Sequence record: DRR378314_235
Strand: one strand, 5' to 3'
Length of the DNA stretch: 64,000 nt
The notes beneath the pieces were generated by a model. It did not search any database and had not been told where the DNA came from. It saw nothing but the letters and a program-made list of their open reading frames with translations. A program made the position numbers and the translations under genes. This document shows, piece by piece, positions 29,254 through 38,686 of this stretch (the stretch's first letter is position 1; every line of letters begins with the position of its first letter).

Positions 29254-30552
29254 ATGTTCAAGCGTTTTTGTTTGCTCGTGTTGATGGCGGCGCTGGCCGC
29301 CGGTACCGCCTCGGCGGCGCAGACCCGCGAGGTAAGCGCCCGCGGCTACGGCGACAACCCGGAACAGGCGGTCACCAATGCGCTGGTGGCGGCGGTGCGC
29401 CAGGCCGGCGGCGTGACGCTGTCGGTGAACCCGGATTTCCGCCGCCAGGTCAGCGAATGGGTGATCCAGCGCCAGGGTGACGTCACCACCTGGACCGGCA
29501 GCCGCACCTCGGTGGCGGAGCCGCGCCTGCCGACGCTGGGCAGCCTGGACAGCTACGAGGTGACCGCCGTCACCCAGGAAGACAACGCCCTGTGGCGCGC
29601 GGACGTGAAAGCGGTGCTGCTGCTCCAGCAGGCGCCGGGCCCGGACCGCTCCCATCTGCCGGCCATCGTGGTGGCGCCGTTCACCAGCGACGCCGATGAA
29701 TACACCCTGGGTGAAACCACCCTGCCGGCGGCGGAGGTGCGCCGCCAGTTGCACGCCAATCTGATCGACGCCTTCGCCCAGTCCGGCCGTTTCCGCGTGC
29801 TCGACCGCGCCAACCAGGGTCTGCGCGAGGCCGAGCAGGCGCTGCTGCGCGACGGCGCCGGCGAGCCCCGGGAACTGCTGCGCCTGGGCAAGACCAAAGG
29901 CGCCGACCTGCTGCTGGTGGGTCACATCGAGGCGTTCGACATCGGCGACGACGAGCGCACCTTCTATGGCGCCCGCTTCCAGGGGTACGAACCCTATGTG
30001 CGCCTGCGCTACCGGCTGATCGACGCCGCCGGCGGCGAAGTGCTGGAGGCCGGCCTTTACGACTGGCAGCAGTCGGAAGCCAGCGTGCGGCAGCTGGCCC
30101 GCCGGCAAAAGCTGGACCACCGCAACCATCCGGAGCGGCTCGCCGACCTGGTGTACCCGCGCATCGCCCGGGCCCTGGCGGCGGCGGCCTCCGACACCCT
30201 TTATCCGGTGCAGGTGCTCAAGAGCGACGGCGACCGGGTCTACCTGAGCCACGGCCAGGGCCGCCTGGAAGCGGACACCATCCTCAATGTGTACCGGCCG
30301 GTGGAGTCCCTGGAAGACCCGCAGACCGGGCTCACCATTCGTATGGAAAGCGACGCCCTGGCCAGCCTGGAGGTGATCGAAGTACGTCCGGATTACGCGG
30401 TGGCCCGGATCACCCAGGGCGGCGGCGAACCGCGCCCCGGTGACCGCGTGCGCGCGCCGGGCAACCGTCAGGGCGACACCGGTGACGTGGAGCAGCCCGC
30501 CGGGCAACCGGAGAGCCCCGGCTCTTCACCCATGCCGCTGAACTGGGATTAG
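29254..30552 (+). CDS. Exported CsgG/FlgT-like three-domain protein
   Basis: Signal peptide; ARGYG...A..NAL..AV.Q N-domain; SGRFRVLDR...GADLLLVG CsgG-like core; LEDPQTG beta-rich C-domain. Confidence 0.65.
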   Translation: MFKRFCLLVLMAALAAGTASAAQTREVSARGYGDNPEQAVTNALVAAVRQAGGVTLSVNPDFRRQVSEWVIQRQGDVTTWTGSRTSVAEPRLPTLGSLDSYEVTAVTQEDNALWRADVKAVLLLQQAPGPDRSHLPAIVVAPFTSDADEYTLGETTLPAAEVRRQLHANLIDAFAQSGRFRVLDRANQGLREAEQALLRDGAGEPRELLRLGKTKGADLLLVGHIEAFDIGDDERTFYGARFQGYEPYVRLRYRLIDAAGGEVLEAGLYDWQQSEASVRQLARRQKLDHRNHPERLADLVYPRIARALAAAASDTLYPVQVLKSDGDRVYLSHGQGRLEADTILNVYRPVESLEDPQTGLTIRMESDALASLEVIEVRPDYAVARITQGGGEPRPGDRVRAPGNRQGDTGDVEQPAGQPESPGSSPMPLNWD

Positions 30553-30594
30553 GACCGCGGGCGGCACCCGCCGCCCCGCCGTGGGGGATCGACA

Positions 30595-32376
30595 ATGGGT
30601 GGTTACTTCAATCAGGCGCTGGTGTTGCTGGCGGCGGCGGTGTTGCTGCTGCCGCTGTTTCAGCGTCTCGGGCTGGGCAGCATTCTCGGCTATCTGGCCG
30701 CCGGCATCGTCATCGGGCCGCTGGGCCTGGGGCTGATCCCCGGCGCCGAGGCGGTGCTGCATTTCGCCGAGCTGGGCGTGGTGTTGATGCTGTTCCTGGT
30801 CGGCCTGGAACTGGCCCCGGAGCAGCTCTGGGCGCAGCGCCGGCGGCTGCTCGGGCTGGGCGCCAGCCAGATGCTGTTCAGCGCCGCCCTGCTCACCGGC
30901 TTCTTCTTCGCCCTGGGCCAGCCCGGCCCGGCCGCCCTGGCCATCGGCGCCACCCTGGCGCTGTCGTCCACCGCCTTCGCGGTACAGATGCTGGTGGAAA
31001 CCAACCAGTTGGGTACGCCCCAGGGCCGTAACGCCTTCTCGATTCTGCTGTTCCAGGACCTGGCGGTGATCCCACTGCTGCTACTGCTGCCGGTGCTGGC
31101 CGGCGGTGACGCCGGCGCCGCCCAGCCCAACCTGCTGGTGGGCGTGCTGGTGCTGGCCCTGATGTGGCTGGCCGGGCGCTACCTGCTCAACCCCTGGTTG
31201 GGCTGGCTGGCGCGGCTGCACAACCGGGAACTGATGACCGCCACCGCCCTGCTGCTGGTCCTCGGCGCCGCCGAGCTGATGGAAACCCTGCATCTGTCCA
31301 TGGGTCTGGGCGCCTTCGTGGCCGGCATGCTGCTCGCCAACTCCCCCTACCGGGAGCAGCTGGACACCGATATTCAGCCGTTCAAGGGCATGCTGCTGGG
31401 GCTGTTCTTCATCGCCATCGGCATGACCATGGACCTGCGCCTGCTGGCGGCGTCGCCGTGGTCGATCCTGGCCATGGGCGCGGCCCTGCTGGGGATCAAA
31501 ACCCTGGTGCTGTTCGGCATTGCCCGGGCGTTGAAGGTGGGCGGCCGCGACGCCCTGCGGTTCGGGCTGCTGCTCAGCCAGGGCGGCGAATTCGCCTTCG
31601 TGCTGTTCACCCAGGCCGGGGCCCTCAACCTGCTGCCGACGGAAATGATCGCCAAGCTCAACCTGGTGGTGGCCCTCTCCATGGCCGCCACGCCGCTGCT
31701 GCTGAAACTGGTCCAGCGGCTCTGGCCGGCGCCCAAGACCGGCCATCGCAGCACCGAGGACGAGCCCGCGCCGCACGGTCAGCCGGCGGTGATCGTGGCC
31801 GGCTTCGGCCGCTTCGGGCAGATCATCGGCCGTATTCTGGTCAGCCGCCGCATTCCGTTCACCGCGCTGGACTCCAACCCGGACCACATCGACACCGTGC
31901 GCCGGTTCGGCAACGAGGTCTACTTCGGCGACGTCACCCGGCTCGACCTGCTGCACACCGCCGGGCTGCAGCACGCCCGCATCATGGTGCTGGCGATCGA
32001 CGACGTGCAGGCGTCGCTGCGCGCCGTGCGCCTGATCCGCGAGCACTTCCCGCACATCACCCTGATCGTGCGCGCCCGCGACCGCTACCACGCCTATTCA
32101 CTGATGGCCGAAGGCGTCGAGCACGTCATCCGCGAAACGCTGGACTCCAGCCTGCGCGCCGCCCAGACCACCCTGGCCCAGCTGGGCATGCCGGAAACCA
32201 CCGCCATCGACCTGGTGCGCACCTTCCGGGACGTGGACGAACGCCTGCTGCGCGAGCAGTTCGCCCACCGCGACAAGCTCGACAAACTGATCGAGCTCTC
32301 CGCCCGCGGCCGCGAGGAACTGGAATCCCTCCTCGAAGCCGGCAGTGACGACGGCCGCCGCGACGGGGGCCCTTAA
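30595..32376 (+). CDS. CPA2 / Kef-type K+/H+ antiporter with KTN domain
   Basis: LGLGSILGYL, FAELGVV.MLF.VGLE, LSSTAF, LLFQDLA, QGGEFAFV, AGFGRFGQ. Confidence 0.9.
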   Translation: MGGYFNQALVLLAAAVLLLPLFQRLGLGSILGYLAAGIVIGPLGLGLIPGAEAVLHFAELGVVLMLFLVGLELAPEQLWAQRRRLLGLGASQMLFSAALLTGFFFALGQPGPAALAIGATLALSSTAFAVQMLVETNQLGTPQGRNAFSILLFQDLAVIPLLLLLPVLAGGDAGAAQPNLLVGVLVLALMWLAGRYLLNPWLGWLARLHNRELMTATALLLVLGAAELMETLHLSMGLGAFVAGMLLANSPYREQLDTDIQPFKGMLLGLFFIAIGMTMDLRLLAASPWSILAMGAALLGIKTLVLFGIARALKVGGRDALRFGLLLSQGGEFAFVLFTQAGALNLLPTEMIAKLNLVVALSMAATPLLLKLVQRLWPAPKTGHRSTEDEPAPHGQPAVIVAGFGRFGQIIGRILVSRRIPFTALDSNPDHIDTVRRFGNEVYFGDVTRLDLLHTAGLQHARIMVLAIDDVQASLRAVRLIREHFPHITLIVRARDRYHAYSLMAEGVEHVIRETLDSSLRAAQTTLAQLGMPETTAIDLVRTFRDVDERLLREQFAHRDKLDKLIELSARGREELESLLEAGSDDGRRDGGP

Positions 32377-32795
32377 AGCCGCAGGTCGTTGAGGCCCTTG
32401 CGGATGGCGCGGTCCAGCACCGGCTTGATCACGGCGGCGATCAGCGGCAGCTTGCCCTTGAAGACAATGGTGTAGTGCAGGCGGGAACCGCCGGCGGTCT
32501 CGGAAAACACCATCACCCCGTGGTGATCGCGCAACGGGCTGCCCTTGGTGATGCGGTAGGCGATGCGGCGGTCGCGCTCGAACTCGGTGACGGTCTCTTC
32601 GAAGGCCGGCGTCAGCGGCAGCGACAGCCGGCGCACCGACCCCACGCCGTTGGGCTCCACGTCCCCCTCCTTGACGCGCCGGACCTTGGCCGGGGCGAAC
32701 AGGGCGGACAGGTTCTCGTGCTCACTGAGGTGGTTGAACAGGTCGCTGACCGGGAACGGAAATTCCTTGTCGATTTCGATGCGTTGCTGGCCCAT
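32373..32795 (-). CDS. SRPBCC (polyketide cyclase-like) family protein
   Basis: GVGSVRRL, EETVTEF, IAYRIT.GSP..HHG pattern. Confidence 0.8.
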   Translation of the reverse strand: MGQQRIEIDKEFPFPVSDLFNHLSEHENLSALFAPAKVRRVKEGDVEPNGVGSVRRLSLPLTPAFEETVTEFERDRRIAYRITKGSPLRDHHGVMVFSETAGGSRLHYTIVFKGKLPLIAAVIKPVLDRAIRKGLNDLRL

Positions 32796-32893
32796 GGGCG
32801 CTCCGTGTCTGAAAAAAGAACGATTCTGAGCGGCCCCCGGCGTCTTGCCCAGGTTCCAAAAGGCCAGACGCCGGTGATTGTGTTGTTTTATGG

Positions 32894-33259
32894 TTAGCCG
32901 TGCTGGACCACGTCCACGGCGATGCCGGCCGGGTCGAGGATGACGAAGTGCCGGTCGCCCCAGGCTTCATCGCGGATCGCCACCTCGATCGGCACCCCCA
33001 ACGCCTGCAGCCGTCGGTATTCGGCGTCCGCGTCGTCCACGTCGATGGTGACCCACAGGCCCTGTCCGTCGCGCAACGGGCGTTGAAACGCCGCCGCCTG
33101 GGCCTCCTGTTGCGGGGCCAGAAAACCCAGCTCGCCGCCGCCCAGCTCCAGCAGGACGAACCAGTCGCTGTCGAACAGCACCCGGCACTGAAACAGGCGC
33201 ACGTAGAAATCCCGGCACGCCTGCAAGTGCTCGGTGACCACACCGGACCAGAGTTTCAT
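32894..33259 (-). CDS. VOC/glyoxalase family protein
   Basis: RDFY..LF, IDVDDADAEY.RL, DEAWGDRHF...DPAG; AAGGAG RBS. Confidence 0.85.
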   Translation of the reverse strand: MKLWSGVVTEHLQACRDFYVRLFQCRVLFDSDWFVLLELGGGELGFLAPQQEAQAAAFQRPLRDGQGLWVTIDVDDADAEYRRLQALGVPIEVAIRDEAWGDRHFVILDPAGIAVDVVQHG

Positions 33260-33294
33260 CGTGTTGCTCCTTTGGCTTGAGAAGAAGCCCCACT

Positions 33295-34086
33295 CTAGGC
33301 CGGCGCGCGGGCCTGCTCTTGAATAAAGGCGACATCGTGCATCGGCAGTCGGGGCGCCCCGGGGGTGACGCCCAGGTAGCGTTTCAGCTCCCGGGTCATG
33401 TGGCTCTGATCGGCGTAGCCGGCGGCCAGGGCGATGTCGGCCAGCGGCGCGGCGGGTGACGGTCGGCTCAGCAACGCCAGGGCCTGTTGGCTGCGGCGGA
33501 TGCCCATGAACACCTTGGGCGGCACGCCGACCCACTCCAGGAAGTCGCGCTCCAGTTGCCGGCGGCTCAGGTTCAGGCGCGCCGCCAGGGCGCTCACGCT
33601 GACGCCGGGGGCGGCACGGGAAAGCAGCGCCAGGGCGCCGTCCAGACGTCTTGGTTGGGGCGGCTGCCCGGCGAGCCACCGGCAAAGCAGCCTGTCCACG
33701 GCGAAGGCCGGGTCGGGGCGGGCGATCAATTCGGCGAGGCGCTCCGCGGACAAACCGGCGGGCCGGGCCAGGGGGTGGGCGGAGTCGGTGAGCAAGCGCC
33801 CGGGCAGGGGCAGGAAATGCCGGCTCTGGCCGGGCTGGAAGCGGATACCGAAATAGATACAGCCGGCGTCCACCGGCACATCCAGCGGCCGGGTGCTGGT
33901 GCCGAATGCCTGCCAGGCGCCATCGCCGTCGCGCAGGCGCAGCACCAGGTCCACGCAGCCGTCCGGCAGCACCCGATGACGGTCGCCGCCGCCGTCGCGG
34001 CTCAGCCAGTAATGGCTGACCAGCCCGCGCAGGGACGGCGCCGGTGGGTAGCAGTGCAGAGTCTGGGCCGCGAAGGAGGTGTCCAT
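33295..34086 (-). CDS. AraC-family transcriptional regulator
   Basis: VLPDGCVD N-domain; SRRQLERDF..VG.PPK and ALAAGYADQSHMTRE HTH. Confidence 0.88.
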   Translation of the reverse strand: MDTSFAAQTLHCYPPAPSLRGLVSHYWLSRDGGGDRHRVLPDGCVDLVLRLRDGDGAWQAFGTSTRPLDVPVDAGCIYFGIRFQPGQSRHFLPLPGRLLTDSAHPLARPAGLSAERLAELIARPDPAFAVDRLLCRWLAGQPPQPRRLDGALALLSRAAPGVSVSALAARLNLSRRQLERDFLEWVGVPPKVFMGIRRSQQALALLSRPSPAAPLADIALAAGYADQSHMTRELKRYLGVTPGAPRLPMHDVAFIQEQARAPA

Positions 34087-34126
34087 GGGGCTAGTGGAGC
34101 ACACCCCGCGGCGGCCGTCACCGGGA

Positions 34127-35794
34127 TCAGTCCGCGACGGCTTCGACCCGCGCCGCGCCGATGCCGCGCGGGTCGCTGGCGGCGGTGACGCTGTTGTCCT
34201 CGTGCCGCCAGAGAATCGCCTGCATGTTGCCGTACTCGCGGTCCACGGAGACCACGTCGTGGCCGCGCAGGCGCAGGCTTTTCGCCGCTTCGCTGTCGAG
34301 GAAGGCGGGTTCCGCCTGAACCTGATCGGGCAGGAACTGGTGGTGGAAGCGTACCCGGCTCACCCAGTCGTCCACCGGGGCGTCGTTGGCGGCCTCAAGC
34401 ACACCCAGCATCACCATGGTGATGATACGGCTGCCGCCCGGCGTGCCGAGGATCGCCACCCGGTCGTCGAACTCCACGAAGGTGGGCGTCATCGAGGACA
34501 GCGGCCGCTTGCCCGGCGCCACCGCGTTGGCCTTGCTGCCCACCAGGCCGTAGGCGTTGGGGCTGCCCGGCTTGGCGGAGAAATCGTCCATTTCGTTATT
34601 GAGGATCACGCCGGTGCCGGCGGGCATGAAGCCGCTGCCGAACGGCAGGTTGATACTGAGCGTGGCGGCCACCCGGTTGCCGGCGCCGTCGAGCACCGAG
34701 AAGTGGGTGGTGTGGAAGCCTTCGCCGGTGGCCACGGGCTCGCCCAGCTCGCTGCTGGGGGTCGCCTTATCCAGCTTTATGGAGGCGGCCCGCTGCTCGG
34801 CGTAGGATTTACTCAACAGGTTATCCACAGGTATGGAAACAAAATCCGGGTCGCCCATATAGCGGCCCCGGTCCTGATAGGCGCGCCGCCAGGCTTCCAC
34901 GGTGAGGTGAGGAAGTAAGTCCTCACTAATCTCGCCGCCGTTGAATTCATTGAGAATGTTCAACGCTTCCAGCATGACCAGCCCGCCGGCGGACGGCGGT
35001 GGGGCCGTGACGATGCGGGCGCCTCGGTAGTGGCCGACCACCGGCGCCCGCTCCTTGACCCGATAGTTGTTCAGGTCCTGTTTTGTCCAGATGCCGCCGG
35101 CCTCGCGCACCCCGCGTACCAGTTTTTCCGCCACCGGGCCCTGGTAAAAACCGTCTCGCCCCTGCTCGGCCAGGGCCTCCAGAACCCGGGCCAGATCCGG
35201 CTGCCGGATCAGGGTGCCGTTGGCCGGTATTTCGCCGTCATCCAGGAACACCGAGGCGGCGGTGGGGTAGCGGTTGAGCACGTCCTGGCGGTAGCCGGCC
35301 AGCGCCCGGTAGTGGTCTTCCACCTCGAAACCCTGGCGCGCCAGCTTAATGGCCGGCGCCAGCGTGGTTTTCAGGGGCAGCTCGCCGTAGTGTTCGGCGA
35401 GGTAGGCGAAGGCCGCCGCCTGGCCGGGAATGCCCGCCGCCAGGGCGCCGTTGACGGCGCGGTCGCGCACCACCTGGCCGTCCTGGTCCTGGTACATGTC
35501 CTCGGTGGCCGCCGCCGGCGCCGTCTCGCGGGCGTCCAGCATGGTCTGCAGGTCGTCCTTTTCGCGGTGCAGCAGCCAGAAACCGCCGCCGCCCATGCCG
35601 GCGGAATAGGGCTCCACCACCGACAGCGCCGCCGCCACGGCCACCGCCGCGTCGTAGGCGTTACCGCCCTGCTCGAGCATCTGGAAGCCGGCGTCGGTGG
35701 CCAGCGGGTGGGCACTGGCGATCGCCGCCTTGCCCGGTCCGGCGGCCTGGGCGGTGACGGCGAACAGCAACAAAAGCGGGAAAAACCAGCGCAT
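34127..35794 (-). CDS. ggt: Gamma-glutamyltransferase
   Basis: GGNAYDAAVA, LDARE, HTTHFSV autoprocessing Thr, LNNEMDDF, KRPLSSMTP, GTPGGSRI, SDPR. Confidence 0.96.
   Translation of the reverse strand: MRWFFPLLLLFAVTAQAAGPGKAAIASAHPLATDAGFQMLEQGGNAYDAAVAVAAALSVVEPYSAGMGGGGFWLLHREKDDLQTMLDARETAPAAATEDMYQDQDGQVVRDRAVNGALAAGIPGQAAAFAYLAEHYGELPLKTTLAPAIKLARQGFEVEDHYRALAGYRQDVLNRYPTAASVFLDDGEIPANGTLIRQPDLARVLEALAEQGRDGFYQGPVAEKLVRGVREAGGIWTKQDLNNYRVKERAPVVGHYRGARIVTAPPPSAGGLVMLEALNILNEFNGGEISEDLLPHLTVEAWRRAYQDRGRYMGDPDFVSIPVDNLLSKSYAEQRAASIKLDKATPSSELGEPVATGEGFHTTHFSVLDGAGNRVAATLSINLPFGSGFMPAGTGVILNNEMDDFSAKPGSPNAYGLVGSKANAVAPGKRPLSSMTPTFVEFDDRVAILGTPGGSRIITMVMLGVLEAANDAPVDDWVSRVRFHHQFLPDQVQAEPAFLDSEAAKSLRLRGHDVVSVDREYGNMQAILWRHEDNSVTAASDPRGIGAARVEAVAD
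34821..34829 (+). promoter_or_regulatory. Perfect DnaA box inside ggt
   Basis: TTATCCACA in GTTATCCACAG context, within an AT-rich codon patch. Function unproven. Confidence 0.4.
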
Positions 35795-35838
35795 GGCGGC
35801 CTCCTTCTGGCGAACGGGGTATCGGGGGCGAGAAACGG

Positions 35839-36381
<543 letters not shown>

Positions 36382-36388
36382 TTACGAT

Positions 36389-37999
36389 TCAGGCCCGCAG
36401 CCGCTCCGCCAGAGCGGTGGCGTTGCGGGCGCTCAACCCGTAGATGCTCAACTGAGGGTTCACCCCCAGGCTGGTGGGGAACACCGAGCCGTCGAACACA
36501 TACAGATTCTCCAGATGGCGGTAGCGCCCCTGGGCGTCCACCAGACCGCGGTCCTTGTCGCCCATGGGGCAACCGCCCATCACATGGGCGCTGCCCAGCG
36601 GCACGTCCAGGGCCTGGTAGCTGAGGTCTGCCATGGCCTCGCGGGCCTGCGCCCAGCTGGTATAGAACGGCGCGCGGATGTGGCCGGGCCGCACCGCCCG
36701 GGCACCGGCGGCGAACTGCATTTCCACCTGGCTGTACAGGCTGCGGCGGGCGCCGTCGAGCAGATAGTCGGTGACCGGGTAATCGAGTACCGGCTCGCCG
36801 TTGTCGCGCAGTTCCACGGTGCCGCCGGGGCTCTCTTCGTGGAAGCCGTCGCGCATCAGGGCGATGGAGGCGGCGGTGTTGGGCAGCGCGGTGATGTGCT
36901 CGCGGGCCTGCTCGCCGAAGCCGCCCAGCAGCGCCCCGGTGAGGCCGGGGTGCAGCGGCATCATCTCCAGCTTGTAGCCGATCGGGCCGTCGACGCCGCC
37001 GGTGAAGGTGAACTGGTCCGAGTGCAGCGACTGGGGCGCGCCGTAGTAGGGGGCGATCTCCCGGTCGTAGCGGCCGAAGGCGAAGCTGGTGACGTGCAGG
37101 AAGGTGCGTTTGCCCACCCGGCCGTCCGGATCCGGCACTTCCGAGCGCAGCAGCAGCGCCGGGGTTTGAATGCCGCCGCCGGCGGCGATGATGGTGGGTG
37201 CTTTCAAGGTCACGGTGGCGCCGGTGGGGTTGCGGTCGTGGTTCAGGGGCGTGACCTGCACGGCGCTCACCCGGTTGCCGTCGTGCACCAGCTTATCGGC
37301 GCGGGCGCTGTGAATCAGGGTGGCGCCGGCGTCCATGGCGGCGGGCAGCGTGGTCACCAGCATCGACTGCTTGGCGTTGGTGGGGCAGCCCATGCCGCAG
37401 TAGCCGATATTCCAGCAGCCGCGCACGTTTCTCGGAATCACCGACCAGTCCCAGCCGAGTTTTTCGCAGCCGCGTTTGATCACGTCGTTGTTGGCGTTGG
37501 CGGGCATCGCCCAGGGCTCGATGCCGAGCTGCTTTTCCATGCGCTGGAAATAGGGGTCCAGGTCCGCGCGGCTGGTGTTGTCGACGCCGAAGCGCTCGCG
37601 CCAGTGGTTGAGGGTTTCCTTGGGGGTGCGGAAGCTGGAGGTCCAGTTGACCACCGTGGTGCCGCCCACGGTGCGGCCCTGCAGAATGGTGATGGCGCCG
37701 TCCTTGGTGGCGCGCATGGCGCCCTCCTGGTACAGCTGCCGGTAGGCGTCGCCTTCATTGAGATTGAAATCCCGGGAGCTGGTGAGGCGCCCGGCCTCCA
37801 CCAGGATCACCTTGAGGCCGGCGGCGCTGAGTATTTCCGCGCTCACCCCGCCGCCGGCGCCGGTGCCGATGATCACCACATCGGCCTCCAGGGTGCGGTC
37901 GTCGCTGACGGTGGCGCCGTCGATCAGGTTCCATTTTTCCCCGGCGTTGTCCCAGGGGTCGGCGATATTCTGAATCTTAAGTGTGGACAGGTCCTGCAT
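36389..37999 (-). CDS. laoA: GMC-family oxidoreductase, LaoA-like long-chain alcohol dehydrogenase
   Basis: GTGAGG FAD motif, GGTTVVNW, C..GCP..AKQS, SAHVMG, GVNPQ; coaD-laoA-laoB-laoC-laoR synteny as in P. aeruginosa PA0363-PA0367. Confidence 0.82.
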   Translation of the reverse strand: MQDLSTLKIQNIADPWDNAGEKWNLIDGATVSDDRTLEADVVIIGTGAGGGVSAEILSAAGLKVILVEAGRLTSSRDFNLNEGDAYRQLYQEGAMRATKDGAITILQGRTVGGTTVVNWTSSFRTPKETLNHWRERFGVDNTSRADLDPYFQRMEKQLGIEPWAMPANANNDVIKRGCEKLGWDWSVIPRNVRGCWNIGYCGMGCPTNAKQSMLVTTLPAAMDAGATLIHSARADKLVHDGNRVSAVQVTPLNHDRNPTGATVTLKAPTIIAAGGGIQTPALLLRSEVPDPDGRVGKRTFLHVTSFAFGRYDREIAPYYGAPQSLHSDQFTFTGGVDGPIGYKLEMMPLHPGLTGALLGGFGEQAREHITALPNTAASIALMRDGFHEESPGGTVELRDNGEPVLDYPVTDYLLDGARRSLYSQVEMQFAAGARAVRPGHIRAPFYTSWAQAREAMADLSYQALDVPLGSAHVMGGCPMGDKDRGLVDAQGRYRHLENLYVFDGSVFPTSLGVNPQLSIYGLSARNATALAERLRA

Positions 38000-38036
38000 G
38001 ACCCGGCTCCTTATTGTTTTGGGGTGGGTACAGGCG

Positions 38037-38600
38037 CTATGCGGCGTTGGATCCGGTCACCGGCGGGCCGGGGTATCCCGTGGTCAGCGCCGCTTCCGGG
38101 GTGACGTACCAGGCCATCATGATCGGCTGGGTCAGGCCCTTGAAGGCGAGCTTGGGGAAGCCGCTGTCATTGCTGGCCCAGTGGGCGAGCGTGTCGCGCA
38201 GTTGCGCGTCGCTCTGCTCCTCGAAGTGCGCCCAGGTGCCGGTGATCCACCAGCGCGCGGCGCCCAGTTGCATCAGATCCAGCAACTGGAACAGCTGACC
38301 GCGCTGGCCGTCGGTGCCGCCCTGCAGCAGACGGTCGAAAGCCTGCAGCGCCTGGTCCGGTCCGGCGCCGTCCACCGCTTCCAGGCCGCCGCCGAGCAGC
38401 GGCGACATCAGCGGCCGCAGCAGAGTGACGTCCTTATCGCGAAGGTGTTTGAAGCCGGTGGCGGGACCCGGGTCCGAGCTGCACCCGGTAAGCAGTGTGC
38501 TGGCGCCGGCGCCGACGGCCAGTGCCGCCCCGCCCCAGGCGCTGAGTTTCAGAAAACCACGGCGGTCGACGCCGGAGCCTGGCATGTTGTCCTGGTCCAT
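38037..38600 (-). CDS. laoB: Tat-signal protein, LaoB-like
   Basis: DRRGFLK twin-arginine signal, LTGC possible lipobox, C-terminal WY...TGYPGPP; located between the ALDH and GMC genes. Confidence 0.75.
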   Translation of the reverse strand: MDQDNMPGSGVDRRGFLKLSAWGGAALAVGAGASTLLTGCSSDPGPATGFKHLRDKDVTLLRPLMSPLLGGGLEAVDGAGPDQALQAFDRLLQGGTDGQRGQLFQLLDLMQLGAARWWITGTWAHFEEQSDAQLRDTLAHWASNDSGFPKLAFKGLTQPIMMAWYVTPEAALTTGYPGPPVTGSNAA

Positions 38601-38686
38601 TTTAGGGATCCTCGGCTGGCCTGTTTCTTGTTGTTGGCTGGCGGACCCGCCCCGCCCAGGGGCGGGCCCGGTTATTTCAACATGGC

